A stretch of 64,000 nucleotides of DNA from Octopus vulgaris (Eukaryota). The DNA lies in assembly GCA_951406725.2 (NCBI GenBank), contig OX597822.1, positions 113,832,001 to 113,896,000 of the forward strand. The letters run 5' to 3'. The position numbers and the translations under genes are program-made. The notes under the pieces were generated by a model, which made no database searches, was not told the DNA's origin, and saw only the letters and a program-made list of their open reading frames with translations. Below are positions 51,301-63,832 of this stretch, one piece after another; positions within the stretch are counted from its first letter, which is position 1; every line of letters starts with the position of its first letter.

Positions 51301-53393
51301 TGGGGTGGTTCATTTGTAGTATCTAGCAGTTAGGTTTCAAATTCCTGCTACAATTTAAACAAGATTTTGAACTCGGGACGTACAGAGCCAAAACGAATAC
51401 AGCAGGGTTTCCCACTGGCTGTGCTTACAGTTTCACCAATCCACTTCACTGGATAGGTTCTTTATGTACCAACCCGGAAAAGATAAATGGCACCATTGAC
51501 CTCTTCAGGATTTGAACCCAAAGTGCTGAGAGCTGAAACAAATCAATTTCAGTGGGGTTTTTTTAAGTCTGTTACTTATTCTAGCAACCACTAATTGTTG
51601 CTGAACCACGAAGATGCAGGAACATAAACACACCAGCCCCAGTTGTCTGGTGGGGGGGGGGGGACAAACATAAAGATGTGTGCATGCACACACATCACAT
51701 ATCATTTAACATCCATTTTTGGTATGAGCTGAACAGTTTGACAGAAGCTAGTGATCCAGAGGAATATGCCAAGCTCTACTGTCTGCTTTGGTTTCTACAG
51801 CTGGATGTCCTTCCTAATGCCAACCATTTTACAGAGTATGCTGAGTGCTTTTTACATGGCATCTTCACCAAAAAGGTCACGCAGTAACTTGCAAAACAAA
51901 GACCCTCAAATGAGATGGGGGGAGGGAGTAGTAGTGAGGGAGATGGCTTTGTACCTGGTGATCAGAGGCATAATAGCAGGACAGGTGTCTTGCTGTAGAG
52001 GAGGTATATGGCTACACCAACTGGAGATATATGGCTACACCATATATATGTATATATATATGAATGAAGGGCTTCTACAGTCTCCATCTACCAAATTTAC
52101 TCACAAAACATTGGTTGGCCCTGGACTATAGCTGAATACATTTGCCCAAGGTGCAGCACAGTGGGGCTGAACCTGAAGCAACATGGTTGCAAAGCAAACT
52201 TCTCAGCCATGAAGCCATCCCAGTGCCTACCAAAAAGTAACTGATTCATTTCCAGAAGGAAATCACTTCAAATACTCTACATAACTTTTGATGATGATCA
52301 AAGTTAGAGAGAGAGACAGGCCCAATAAATGTTTGCATCTGCTCTGCTTTCCTCTTAAGCAAAGAACATATTATGCCTTCTTTCAACATTTGGGGCAGAA
52401 TACCGGTTTAGCTAAAGCTGCATGTTATGAGAATTATTAGGAAAAATTTAGAGCCTGATGCTTATTTATGGTCGGACCATTAATTTTATGAGTGCCGGTG
52501 GCACATAAAAAGCACCATCCAAACATGGCCGATGCCAGCACCGCCTTGACTGGCTTCTGTGCCAGTGGCACGTAAAAAAAAGCACCAACCGATCGTGGCT
52601 GCTGCCAGCCTCCCCTGGCACTGTGCCAGTGACACGTAAAAAGCACCCAATACACTCCCGGAGTGGTTGGCATTAGGAAGGGCATCCAGCTATAGAAACA
52701 CTGCCAGATCAGACTGGAGCCTGGTGCAGCCTCCTGGCTTCCCAGACCGCGGTTGAACCGTCCAACCCGTGCAAGCACGGAAAACGGACGTTAAACGACG
52801 ATGATGATGATGATGATGACAGCTGAATTTATCATCCAGTATTTCACTAAACTTCTGAGGTTCTGCAGAAAGTGAATCTTATCCTTTTAACAATTCTTCA
52901 AACTATTTTACATTGCACCAAAATTATTTCTTTGTAAATCCGTGGAACACTAGCAGACTTGGTTTATATGTTTCTTTCACTGCTCTCATTTCCATGGAAC
53001 AATTTTATCTCATTCTCAGTTTTTATGAGGACACTCGTTAGTGGAATTTTCCCTTGGCAAAGTTTATCCATTTCAATAATCTGAGAGCTTTGCTCTTCAT
53101 CACAGAATTTTTCTAATATTTTTATGAACCTTAGTCTTCCTGCCTGGGACATGTTTAATGCAGAGAGTTCATATTACTGATATAAATTATTTCAACAACA
53201 ACCCTGCAGTTCAGAAATAACTTTAAAAATAAAACTGAGCCAACCATGTTGTTGGGTTGTTGTATAAAAGAATCTTGTAAGAGAATCTTGACAGTTCAAA
53301 AAGTAGAAATTTTATCAATAATGAAATATTTGTATTTCATAAAATAACAGTAGAAATTTGATATAACTTCATGTGAAAATGATCATAAATAAT

Positions 53394-53399
53394 TTTATT
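53394..53399 (-). terminator. Candidate polyadenylation signal AATAAA overlapping the LCMT2 stop codon
   Basis: Minus strand reads TGAATAAA; the A of TGA is the first A of AATAAA. Confidence 0.35.
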
Positions 53400-53575
53400 C
53401 AACTATTACAATTAATTTGAAAATATTTCAAATCTATTAAAAACATAGATTTATTTAAATGGGTTCCAAAAGAGAAACAGTTACACCCTCCACCCACAAT
53501 TAATAAATGCTCATCATTCAATATTTCAGACTGATGTCCATGTAACATGATTATTTCACCAGTTTCACTCTGATC
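53399..53575 (-). CDS. LCMT2: LCMT2/TYW4 last coding exon
   Basis: TTTCAG|DQSETGEIIMLHGHQSEILNDEHLLIVGGGCNCFSFGTHLN...NS*. GGG.NCFSFGT is the characteristic LCMT2/TYW4 C-terminal motif. Confidence 0.92.
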   Translation of the reverse strand, partial: DQSETGEIIMLHGHQSEILNDEHLLIVGGGCNCFSFGTHLNKSMFLIDLKYFQINCNS

Positions 53576-53760
53576 CTGAAAAAAAAAAATCAATTAAAAT
53601 TGTAATATCAAAAAATGAAAGAAAAATTAAGTTACATTTCTGTAATAGATGTCATGTGAAAAGTAATGGAGCAAGTTATAGTCAAATATACCAACTGGTT
53701 ACCACTTGTTTGTCAAGGAACACTTTGGTGCGGTACCTTATTAGAAGCTACTTGCTTATG

Positions 53761-53966
53761 GGAGGGGGGGTACTGAAAAGTTCCTGGCTTTAAGGTCTGG
53801 TCGGAGGCCCAAACTTCCAAGTTCTTTGACAGGGCTTAGAAAAACTGAAGACCCACTGCAATAAGTGTGTGAATCTGAGAGGGGAATATGTTGAATAAAA
53901 TCTTAATTAACTGATCTTCCTGTATTTTCTTTTACTCAAAGCCAGGAACATTTCAGCAACCCCTTA
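53761..53966 (+). mobile_element. Mariner-derived MITE (deletion derivative of the 28.7-kb family)
   Basis: Left TIR GGGGTACTGAAAAGTTCCTGGCTTT, right TIR AAAGCCAGGAACATTTCAGCAACCCC; interior matches 29710-29830. Confidence 0.85.
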
Positions 53967-54304
53967 TATAAGAAAAATGCTTGTTGATAATTACTCATCT
54001 TTAGGAATAAATAACAAGAAAGAGCATTCTACTCATTACTGCATTGAATCCAGCTTTGGATTCAATATCTCGTAAGATATTTTTAGTAGAGAGTACCAAG
54101 CAAAAAGATCAAGATTTGAATGTCTAATCTTGTCAGTTGTAGTTATTTTTTTTTTAATTTGAAATATGTGTTTAAAGAATAGACAGTGATTTGTTACATT
54201 GACACAAAGTAACAATGCAATTATTAAAAGCAAAACCAACCCCAATGGGATTTTTCTGAAAATGCTACAAGATATTTCTTTAGTTTCACTTGGAAATTAA
54301 TAAT

Positions 54305-55085
54305 GCAAGACTGCGCAGAGACCAACTTCCGCTACATTCCAAGGAGAAAAACTAGAAGTAGTTGATAGCTTCTGTTACCTAGGTGACCAAGTCAGAAGCG
54401 GAGGTGGATGTGCTGAAAGTGTAGCTGCTAGAATAAGAATAGCCTGGGCAAAGTTCAGAGAGCTCTGCTGGTGACAAAGGGCCTCTCGCTCAGAATAAAA
54501 GGTAGACTGTATGACGCATGTGTATGAACAGCCATGCTACATGGCAGTGAAACATGGGCCATGACTGCTGAGGACATGCGTAATCTTGCAAGGAATGAAG
54601 CCAGTATGCTCCAATGGATGTGTAATGTCAGTGTGCATACTCGACAGAGTGTAAGTACCTTGAGAGAAAAGATGGACCTAAGAAGCATCAGATGTGGTGT
54701 GCAAGAGAGACGACTGCGCTGGTATGGTCATGTGGCGAGAATGGAGGAGGATGGCTGTGTGAAAAAGTGCCACACCCTAGCGGTTGAGGGAACCTGTGGA
54801 AGAGGTAGACCCAGGAAGACCTGGGATGAAGTGGTGAAGCACGACCTTCGAACATTGGGCCTTACCAAGGAAATGACTAGTGACCGAGACTTTTGGAAAT
54901 ATGCTCTGCTTGAGAAGACCCGGCAAGCCAAATGAGACCATACCCTGTGGCCCATGCCAGGAGCGTAACCAGCCCGCTTATGTGTACCTTTTCCTTCCTT
55001 GGACACTAAACTCTGCTTGCGAAGACCTGTTGAGGCAAGTGAAATCAAAATCAAATTTGAAGACTGGCATCCGTACTAGCAGGGT
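54305..55085 (+). mobile_element. RTE LINE fragment in the last LCMT2 intron
   Basis: LEVVDSFCYLGDQV...MLHGSETWAM...RLRWYGHVARM...GRGRPRKTWDEVVKHDL; ends in an inverted duplication. Confidence 0.9.
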
Positions 55086-55710
55086 GCAAAGAGCACCATA
55101 CACTCTGTCAACGATCACCCTCGTATGGTGCTCACTCCGCTAGCACGGACGCCAGTCGTCGAATTTGATTTTGATTTCACTTGCCTCGACAGGTCTTCGC
55201 AAGCAGAGTTTAGTGACCAAAGAAGGAAAAGGTACGCATAAGCGGGCTGGTTACGTGTAACCATATAAGATGAGAGTAGTAACAATACTGAAAAGTAATG
55301 TTAATTGCCACTTCATCATGGCTATTCTGTAAGAACCAATGTTACTACCATTTTTAATTCCAGGAGGATGCCTCTAATATATATCTGCACCCAATATATA
55401 TTGCAAGCAGGGGAGTGAACCCCCCACCATCCTCCAGCGATGGTGGATCACCAGACCAGTTTTGAGCTATTTGTGCTCACCCTGTAATTGTATGGGTTTT
55501 TTAAGAATTAAATTGCATGTCACAGAAGAATTGACCTGACAAATGTTACCCATTCGTTTGGATTTAGAACAAAGATTATTCTAAGAATCAGGTATTTTCA
55601 ATTGTGAGACACAAACATTTCTCTTTTAGTTTCGTTTGGTTGTCCTTTGACTTAATCAGCAAAAATAAATATTAAAAAATGTATTCAAGGTTTCAATAAA
55701 CTTGACAAAC

Positions 55711-55840
55711 CGTTAAGGCAAATTCTTGTGACTCTCCAGATTGAAGATTAACAACAGCAATTCCTGGTGAGAAATGTTCCAGATTTACACCACCAACAAG
55801 AAAGAGATTATCACCAATAACATGAGCTGTATGAGAATAT
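55711..55840 (-). CDS. LCMT2: LCMT2/TYW4 exon (kelch)
   Basis: CCAG|RYSHTAHVIGDNLFLVGGVNLEHFSPGIAVVNLQSGESQEFALT|GTTTGT. 130 nt, phase 2 to 0. Confidence 0.9.
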
Positions 55841-56045
55841 CTGGAAAATAAAAGCAAAAAATGGAAGTCTAAATGTTTCTTTAAAAGCAACAATACAGCA
55901 ATAAATTGTTTAAACAAAAGAAAAGTATTCAGCTGAATACTTTATTAACCTAAGTCATTAACCTCAGCCATTATGAAATATTGTCTGCACAACTTGTGTC
56001 TATATTCAAACTATGTTGCTGTATTTAATTACATATGGTATATTG

Positions 56046-56380
56046 AAGGCACATGGCTCAGTGGTTAGAGCGTCGAGCTTACGATCGTGAGGTTGTGAGT
56101 TCGAATCCCGGACCAGGCTGCATGTTGTGTTCTTGAGCAAGACACTTTATTTCACGTTGCTCCAGTTCACTCAGCTGTAGAAATGAGTTGCGACGTCACA
56201 GGTGCGAAGCTGTATCGGCCCCTTTGCCTTTCCCTTGGATAACATCAGTGGCATGGAGAGGGGAGGCTGGTATGCATGGGCGACTGCTGGTCTTCCATAA
56301 ACAACCTTGCCCGGACTTGTGCCTGGGAGGGTAACTTTCTAGGTGCAATCCCACGGTCAGTCATGACCGAAGGGGGTCTC
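56046..56380 (+). mobile_element. tRNA-derived SINE, distinct family
   Basis: TGGCTCAGTGGTTAGAGC A-box and GAGTTCGAATCCC B-box, followed by a TTGAGCAAGACACTT...CTCAGCTGTAGAAATGAGT core. Confidence 0.75.
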
Positions 56381-57194
56381 AATAGAATACATTTAAATGA
56401 TTAAACTCATTTATAAATTTCATTTGTTTTCTACCATTACAGCAGTCAGGAAAAACTCCCAGCTTAAGTTGCATCACCTCATTGTTGCATCAGCATTGCT
56501 GAGGTCATTTTAAGACCCGTTTTAAAATGACATTGCACCTGTGAGGCCCATCATATTAGGATATTATTTCACTTTTTTCTTTTTTTTTTCCCTCAATATT
56601 TGATAAAAGTAAGTTTCACTTTTACCCTGGAAAACTTCAATAACTCCTTAAATGTAATTATGACTTCTTAGTTTTGTAATAACAGAGAAAACAATAAAAT
56701 AAATTAAATATTCTGTTGGGAATAAATGAATCAATTTTAAAATATATTTATTCCTTTATTGCCCACAAGGGACTAAACATAGAATGGACAAACAAAGGGA
56801 TTAAGTTGATTACATCAACTCCATTGCGTAACTTGGTACTTATTTAATCGACCCCAAAAGGATGAAAGGCAAAGTTGACCTCGGCGGAATTTGAACTGAG
56901 AACATAGTGGCAGACGAAATACCACTAAGCATTTTGCCCGGAGTACTAACGATTAGTATTTCTTTACTGCCCACAAAGGGCTACACACAGAGGGGACAAA
57001 CAAGGACAGACAAATGGATTAAGTTGATTATATTTAATCGACCCTGAAAGGATGAAAGGCAAAGAGGACCTCGGCGAAATTTGAACTCAGAACATAGCGG
57101 CAGACGAAATACCGCTAAGTATTTCACCTGGTATGCTAATGATTCTGCCAGCTCACCGCCTTTAAAAATTAAAAATATTAAAAGTTATAGTTAC

Positions 57195-57379
57195 CGTGGA
57201 TATAATACACCAGAAACGTCTAGAGCCTTCAATTGAAATGTATATAAATCAAGTAGATATATATCCTTGGAGGGTGTCAACTGTTTTGTAAGTCCACCAG
57301 CTAATACCAGCCACCTGTTCTTCCATAAGCAACTGGTATGACTATGCAGCCCCATCGGTTTACTACCACATGGATCAAC
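57195..57379 (-). CDS. LCMT2: LCMT2/TYW4 exon (kelch)
   Basis: Hand translation: AAG|VDPCGSKPMGLHSHTSCLWKNRWLVLAGGLTKQLTPSKDIYLLDL...VLYP|GTAACT. 185 nt, phase 0 to 2. Confidence 0.88.
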
Positions 57380-59827
57380 CTTCAGTAGAAAGAAAATTGA
57401 TAAATATTTAATATCTAATAAATATTTTAATAGAGAGGAATTTATGAACTAGAAATATTATAACCAAGTCTGTCTTTTATATTTCAGTTTATGGCCAAAA
57501 GCACATTTCAGTAGGCAAGATATACTCTTTTACTTGTTTCAGTCATTTGACTGTGGCCATGCTGGAGCACCGTCTTTAGTCGAGCAAATCGACCCCAGGA
57601 TTTACTCTCTGTAAACCTAGTATTTATTTTATCGGTCTCTTTTGCCAAACCGCTAAGTTACGGTGACGTAAACACACCAGCATCGGTTGTCAAGTGATGT
57701 TGAGGGGACAAACACAGACACACAAACATATACACACACATGCATGTATATATACATATATACAATGGGCTTCTTTCAGTTTCCATCTACCAAATCCACT
57801 CACAAGGCTTTGGTCAGCCTGAGGCTATATTAGAAGACACTTGCCCAAGGTGCTACGCAGTGGGACTGAACCCGGAACCATGTGGTTTGTAAGCAAGCTA
57901 CTTACCACAAAACCACTCCTACGCCTGATATGTAAATTGTTACCACATTTCCTTTAAGGAAATATCTTGTACCAAATACTGCTATTCTTATTTGAATATC
58001 TAAGGATACCATCTAAACACATGGTTCACAAAGTCAGTAGCTTTCCAAGAGACAGCAACATTATGGTTAGGGCAGCGGACTCGCGGTCGGAGGATCGCGG
58101 TTTTGATTCCCAGACCGGGCGTTGTGTGTGTTTATTAAGCGAAAACACCAAAAGCTCCACGAGGCTCCTGCAGGGAGTGGTGGCGACTCCTGTTGTACTC
58201 TTTCGCTCCAACTTTCTCTCATCCTTTTTTCCTGTTTCTTGTCCCCGACTTCCTACGCAACCGCTGAGCCCGGATGTGCATTCATCCATCCGTCGATGCT
58301 CTCGGTGTCGGGGGTTGACCTGCTTTCTCATCTGTGGGTCTTACAAATAGCAAAGGACCACGTTTCGGACTTCTCCCATCTTGTGAGCTCTGGGACGAAG
58401 ACCGTTCGCTCAACAGCAACAGCAACATTAAGCAAGTATTATGAGTTAAAGAATTCTAAGCAAATATTAAGCTTATTGCTGTCTCTTCAAAATTTACAGT
58501 GTTGTACAAGTTACATTTATTAATGATTTAATTGAGAAGGAAATAATGGGGGGTGATGTGTAGGCTGAAGGAAACGGTAAAACTATTTACATTCGATGTA
58601 GACTCTGCATTCTAACTTAGTTCTACCAATATGCATCACAGCAGATAGAGTAAGTAGACTGGCTTGAAACATTAGAATTCTCTTTGTGGCAGACAAACAT
58701 ATAACACCTTGTGAGTCTCTCGGTTATTGTTCCACAAACGTATCTACATAAAATAGCTTTGGAAACAATGGCCCATCTCTTCTCAGACCAATTATTCAAC
58801 ACATCCCAATGTATTTACACAGAAACATAAAAATCATATGATTTTGGCTTTTACTTTTTTTTTTTGTTTGACAAAGAAAATGAAAGTAAATTTATAAATT
58901 TAAACTCTGCTCACAAATTTAAACATTACATTAAATACAGGCAAATAAAAATATTAGAAAATTACTATTTGTAAATATCTCAACGGGAGATGTTCAGCAA
59001 CAGTACTTTGGAGTAAAGATTGTTTGCCAACATAACATGGCAGTCCTGGTTTAGGACAAATGTTGCTGTAATTTAGCCCCAGGAGACATTGTCTCCAGCT
59101 GGCTATATGACATGATCTGTGTCCTTATATTTTCGAACAAGGGAATCTAGTACCCCCACTCAGCTCAAAACAATATCTGTGTATCGCGATTTCTGTTGTG
59201 AGATTTACAAATAGTAATTTTCTAATTCATAGATCAGTGACTAGTTGTCACTTTGAAAACTATATATTTTGAATAAGAATTTGGCAGCGTCACCTCTAGC
59301 CAAACAATTATTCTGGGTTGATGAAGGGAAATAACCCAGAAATCGCAATACACAGATATTGTTTTGAGCTGAGTGGGGGTGCTAAATTCCCTTGTTCAAA
59401 AATATAATGACACAGATCGTGTCATACAACCAACTGGAGACGATGTCTCCTGGGGCTAAATTACAGCAACATTCGTCCTAAACCAGGACTGCCATGTTAT
59501 GCTGGCAAATAATCTTTACTCCAAAAAATATATACTTCAAAAGGATAAAATCAAAACATAATCTTCACTAAACATTTGGAATATGCTAATCAAAGGAATG
59601 TGAGAGACATCCGAATCCCACTGATAAAATGAGGGACCCAAAATCTAAACAAGAAATAAAAAATTATTATATCCATTTTATACCCAAAAAGTAAAATACA
59701 AACAATATTGGAAATTTTAACTTGGTAAAATAAGGAATTAAATTGGAAAAAACCTAAATGGTAGGCTTCTGTTCTTACCACCTCCACCACCCTAATCTAT
59801 GCAAAAAATATAAAACTCATTACAAAC

Positions 59828-59925
59828 CTTCGACCAATGCCAGGAATTTAAATCTAAAATATAACAATCATCAAGGGGAATATGTTGTTCTGTTCGTCCT
59901 CCGTATATAATCATCTGTGGATGAC
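59828..59925 (-). CDS. LCMT2: LCMT2/TYW4 exon (kelch)
   Basis: Hand translation: AAG|GHPQMIIYGGRTEQHIPLDDCYILDLNSWHWSK|GTTTGT. 98 nt, phase 1 to 0. Confidence 0.88.
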
Positions 59926-60664
59926 CTTTCAATGAAAAAGAATCTTCCAGTTACGGATAAAAAAAATCTTTTCTCCAATAATAAATGTTCAAACTTTTGC
60001 AATTTTAATTTTAATTCTTTAAAAAGTTAGTAAAACTAAGAAGTTCTGGGCATGTTTGAATGAAAAAAAAAGTTTCTGTGCAATCTTTAGATTTTCAAAT
60101 GTTTGGGCAAGATTTCGGACACTCCCCTTCTTTATCATTGTATTTAATTCAAAGTGCATCTCCCTCTCCCTCCATCACTCCCTTAAATACATCCACTTCC
60201 TCCATTACTATCCAGACTCCTTCAACCACCAGCAACTCTTTAACCATACCTCTTCCTGCATTGAGAACATTTCAACCCTTTCCAAAACATCACCAACACT
60301 TTATAGTAACACACTTTATACTTTGTGCAAGACAAAACTGATATAAATAAATGCTAACATTTAAGGAGTCAGTTGACACTGGAATCAGTAGAGCACCAAA
60401 TAGAATTTGTGTTATTTGGTTGTGTGACTTTCCGTATGTTGACATCTGGAGTTGATGAGGTAAGAACTAGGGCTGATTTTAACCCTTTAGCATTTGGGTT
60501 TCTCTGTCAAACCTAATTCACATTGATATGAATTAGTCATACATTACATTGTAGCTTTGAAATTTCAGTGACATGATTGTTTATTTTTTTAGAATAATAT
60601 TGTAGGGTAAATGTGAAAGGCTGGGTCTGGTCAGTTTGAAGATAACACAAGTAGATTATTTTGG

Positions 60665-61056
60665 TCGAAATCGAAATCGGAATCGAAATTGAACCAATCC
60701 TATGACTGGCACCCGGCAGATGCCAGGACCCCTGGACTGGTGGTACGTAAAAAGCACTATCCGAATCGTGGCCGATGCCAGCGCCGCCTCGACTGGCTTC
60801 TGTGCCGGTGGCACGTAAAAAGCACCATCCGATCGTGGCCGTTTGGCAGACTCGTCTGGCACCTGTGCCGGTGGCACGTGAAAAGCACCCACTACACTCA
60901 TGGAGTAGTTGGCGTTAGGAAGGGCATCCAGCCGTAGAAACGTTGCCAGATCAAACTGGGCCTGGTGCAGCCTTCTGGCTTCCCAGACCCCAGTTGAACC
61001 GTCCAACCCATGCTAGCATGGAAAGCGGACGCTAAACGATGATGATGATGATGATG
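60665..61056 (+). mobile_element. RTE 3'-tail element (representative of ~20 copies, e.g. 7890-8245+, 14355-14697+, 15157-15403+, 19224-19512-, 20087-20496+, 21173-21565-, 23050-23283+, 31200-31710-, 34634-34933-, 35474-35630+, 52490-52820+)
   Basis: Shared GGTGGCACGTAAAAAGCACCCACTACACTC...GGAAGGGCATCCAGC...CCAACCCATGCTAGCATGGAAAGCGGACG..(GAT)n, matching the 3' end of the LINE at 9870-10667. Confidence 0.9.
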
Positions 61057-61123
61057 AACAATGTTGATACTAACAGAGTTAATTTCAAAATAAATTTGAA
61101 TGAATTTCTAATTTGATAATTAC

Positions 61124-61426
61124 CATTTTTCTGGAATGCTGTAGCTGTGTGCCGCCATCTGGTGCAAGGTTGTTCTCCATACATTTTTACTTTCTTAAAT
61201 GTCATATTATAAGAACTTGATCTTAAATCAAATTTCAGGGGCTCCAATATTTGCTCGTCTTCATCATGAGTAGCAGTTGTAGAACCAAGATCACTGGAGC
61301 TATGTGTTAGTTCTTCAAGGTTTATTAAAATGGCATCTTGGCAAGCTTTGCGAGGAGATGTTCTTCCACCAAATAAGAAAATTGTGTTAGGAGATATCAC
61401 AATACTTGTGTGATACATACGAGCCA
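61124..61426 (-). CDS. LCMT2: LCMT2/TYW4 exon (kelch)
   Basis: TTTGTAG|VARMYHTSIVISPNTIFLFGGRTSP...PCTRWRHTATAFQKN|GTAATT. 303 nt, phase 1 to 1. Confidence 0.9.
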
Positions 61427-61647
61427 CTACAAAAAGAAAAAGAAAATTTAACATTATTTCAACTTTTAATATCACAAATACTAAAGGAATCTAACAACAA
61501 GAATGTTAAATCTAGCATTTAATCCTAAATACACCATCTTCAAAATATATTCTAAAATATTCCAATTAGTTCATTAACACAAAACTTAATGAAAATCTTA
61601 AAATATCATTTTTTCCCCCTTTTACATATTGACAAACTGATAAAAAC

Positions 61648-61917
61648 CTTCTGTTTGTTTTTCAAATTTTGATGTTGAAATCTTCACCGTTTCCCAAGAT
61701 TTCAGTTCAACTATTGAAATATTAGACAGTCGCTGATGATGTGAATTTTCCATTCCAAATCCTCCATATATGACCAACAACCCTGAAGGAATTACAGCAC
61801 ATGAATGTCCAAATCTCATAGTTGTCTCTGATGAATTCAACAATTGTATAGCTCTTTCGTTAATCTGGGTCTGTTTTGTTGCAATTGTAGCACTTCGGTA
61901 AACAGTGTCAATTTTTT
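61648..61917 (-). CDS. LCMT2: LCMT2/TYW4 (tRNA wybutosine-synthesizing protein 4) internal exon; gene begins beyond window end
   Basis: TTTCAG|...MRFGHSCAVIPSGLLVIYGGFGMENSHHQRL...|GTTTTT. Kelch repeat, 270 nt, phase 1 to 1. Confidence 0.85.
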
Positions 61918-63380
61918 CTGAAATAGAAAAACCATTTACAATATATAAAACCATTTACTAAACAGTATTTAATAAAATTTCTTATCCTTTGATAACAACA
62001 ATTTTGAAATTAAAATAATATTAGATGAATTGTATTCATTAAAATACGCATTTAACCTTCTCTATCCCTCTGTAATGATTTGTTGAAATATCTGAAGCAA
62101 CCTTGAACATACACCTCTGGCACTACCCACAGACTTCAGTCCAGTCTTAGTGTACCCATCATCTACTGCTAACATGCAAGCTATATATCTTATCTCTCTC
62201 CAAAACAAAAACCTTTTATCATCAATCTTTAACGATCAGCTATTCTGGTTACAATCTATAATCCAACTTATTTCTGACTCTACTAAAAACGATTAATCTT
62301 TTTGTTCACCTCAAGAACCTACTCATCTTTGTCTCAGCCACCAGTGAACAGTCTGACCACTGCCTCATAACTGTCCAAATTTCTTTCATATTATCTGATA
62401 CAGAGTTAGCCTCTATACTCACATAAAACGATCTATAATAATCTATAACAAGACATGATAATGTGCCCCATTTTCAAGAAGCAACCTTGTTTATCTCTCC
62501 AACATCTGACCACCACCATTTCTAACATCTCAAATATGCTAGAAGCAGCCATAAATGACAACCTATTCTTATTTCTTTATTACTCAAAAGGGACTAAACA
62601 TAGAAGGGACAAACAAGGACAGACAAAGAGATTAAGTCAATTACATCTACCCCAGTGCGTAGCTGGTACTTAATTTATTGACTCTGAAGCTAAATCTTGT
62701 TCTGGAAGGCTGCACCAGACTCTAGTCTGATTTGGCATGGTTTCTACAGCTGGATGCCCTTCCTAATGCCAACCACTCGGTGAGTGTAGTGGGTGCTTTT
62801 ATGTGCCACCAGCATGGGTGTCAGTTTGCATGACCTCGCTAGGGATGGAAATAACTTTTATAAAGAAGCCTTGTAAAAGATTTGGTTTCTGCAATAGCAA
62901 CATCAATGAAGCATAAGTATAAGAGACATGAAGAATTTGAAACACCAAAGTTACCAAGAATGATGAGTTAAAAAAAGGGTGAAGTGAAACAGATGTCCTT
63001 AATACAGGGAGAGTTGGTGGTGGTGGTGGTGGGAGGAGTTCAGAGAATATGTATTTGGAAAAATGAGTAAAAAAATTTTTTTTAAGTAGACCAACTGAAA
63101 ATCTTTGCTGCTGATGTCCAGAAGAGATGTGAGTGGTAGAGAGAGAGAGAGAGAGAGAGAGTAATCTACATATTTGCTGATACCGCCTTTCACAGTGAAG
63201 TTGAATAGAGAAAGTAACCTTGACAACAGAGATGAAATAAAAGATAAGATGTGAAAGATCTGTGTTTCATAGAGGTTAACATGCTAGTAGCAGGAGCAAT
63301 TAAGATAGCTGTTAATTATCATTGGTTTTGTGGAAACTGTAGTTGTACATAAAAGCACAGAATATGATTTAGTAGATATA

Positions 63381-63712
63381 CTAGCACTATGACCCAGCAA
63401 CACTGGGTCATAGTGCTAGAGCATGCATGTACAGCTGCGTGCATGCGCACGTACACGCGAGTACTGTCCAAATCTCCGACCAATCACATATGGCCAGCTG
63501 GCATTCAATTGGCGTATCAAGTTTCGGGCATTTAGATTGGGTTTTCTACTGATTTTTTAATGGCTTTGTGGGGTGACTGGGGAAATGTAAAGATGTGCAC
63601 GACCACCCTTGGACGGTTTTGAATGACCTTAGAAAGCGCGAGCCCTCTAACTGAAAAATTGTGGATTTGTATAAAGGACATGCACACACACACACATTTA
63701 TATATAGAGAGA
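63381..63712 (-). mobile_element. Non-autonomous Helitron-like element, second family
   Basis: Minus-strand TC-TCTCTATATATAAA 5' end; 3' perfect 17-bp hairpin (plus strand CTAGCACTATGACCCAG-CAACA-CTGGGTCATAGTGCTAG) ending CTAG|T. Confidence 0.65.
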
Positions 63713-63832
63713 TTATTAAAAACTACTGATCTAGATACATAAATTGCTACTGTTAACAAATTCTAAAAAATCTTTAAGTTAAAAGGGTAAATTTAATTAC
63801 AATTTAATTAATATTTGTAGCTCTAAATTATA

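Noticed and set aside
52964-53152. 62-aa ORF downstream of LCMT2 as an alternative last exon
   Set aside because: An in-frame stop sits right after the nearest acceptor, and there is no recognisable homology.
56046-56120. tRNA genes (also 21797, 25203, 58063)
   Set aside because: tRNA-like heads continue into SINE bodies; no complete acceptor stem or Pol III terminator.
60130-62520. CT-rich, LINE-endonuclease-like relics at 60130-60350 and 62090-62520
   Set aside because: Only an SDHCLI trace is visible; too degenerate to call.
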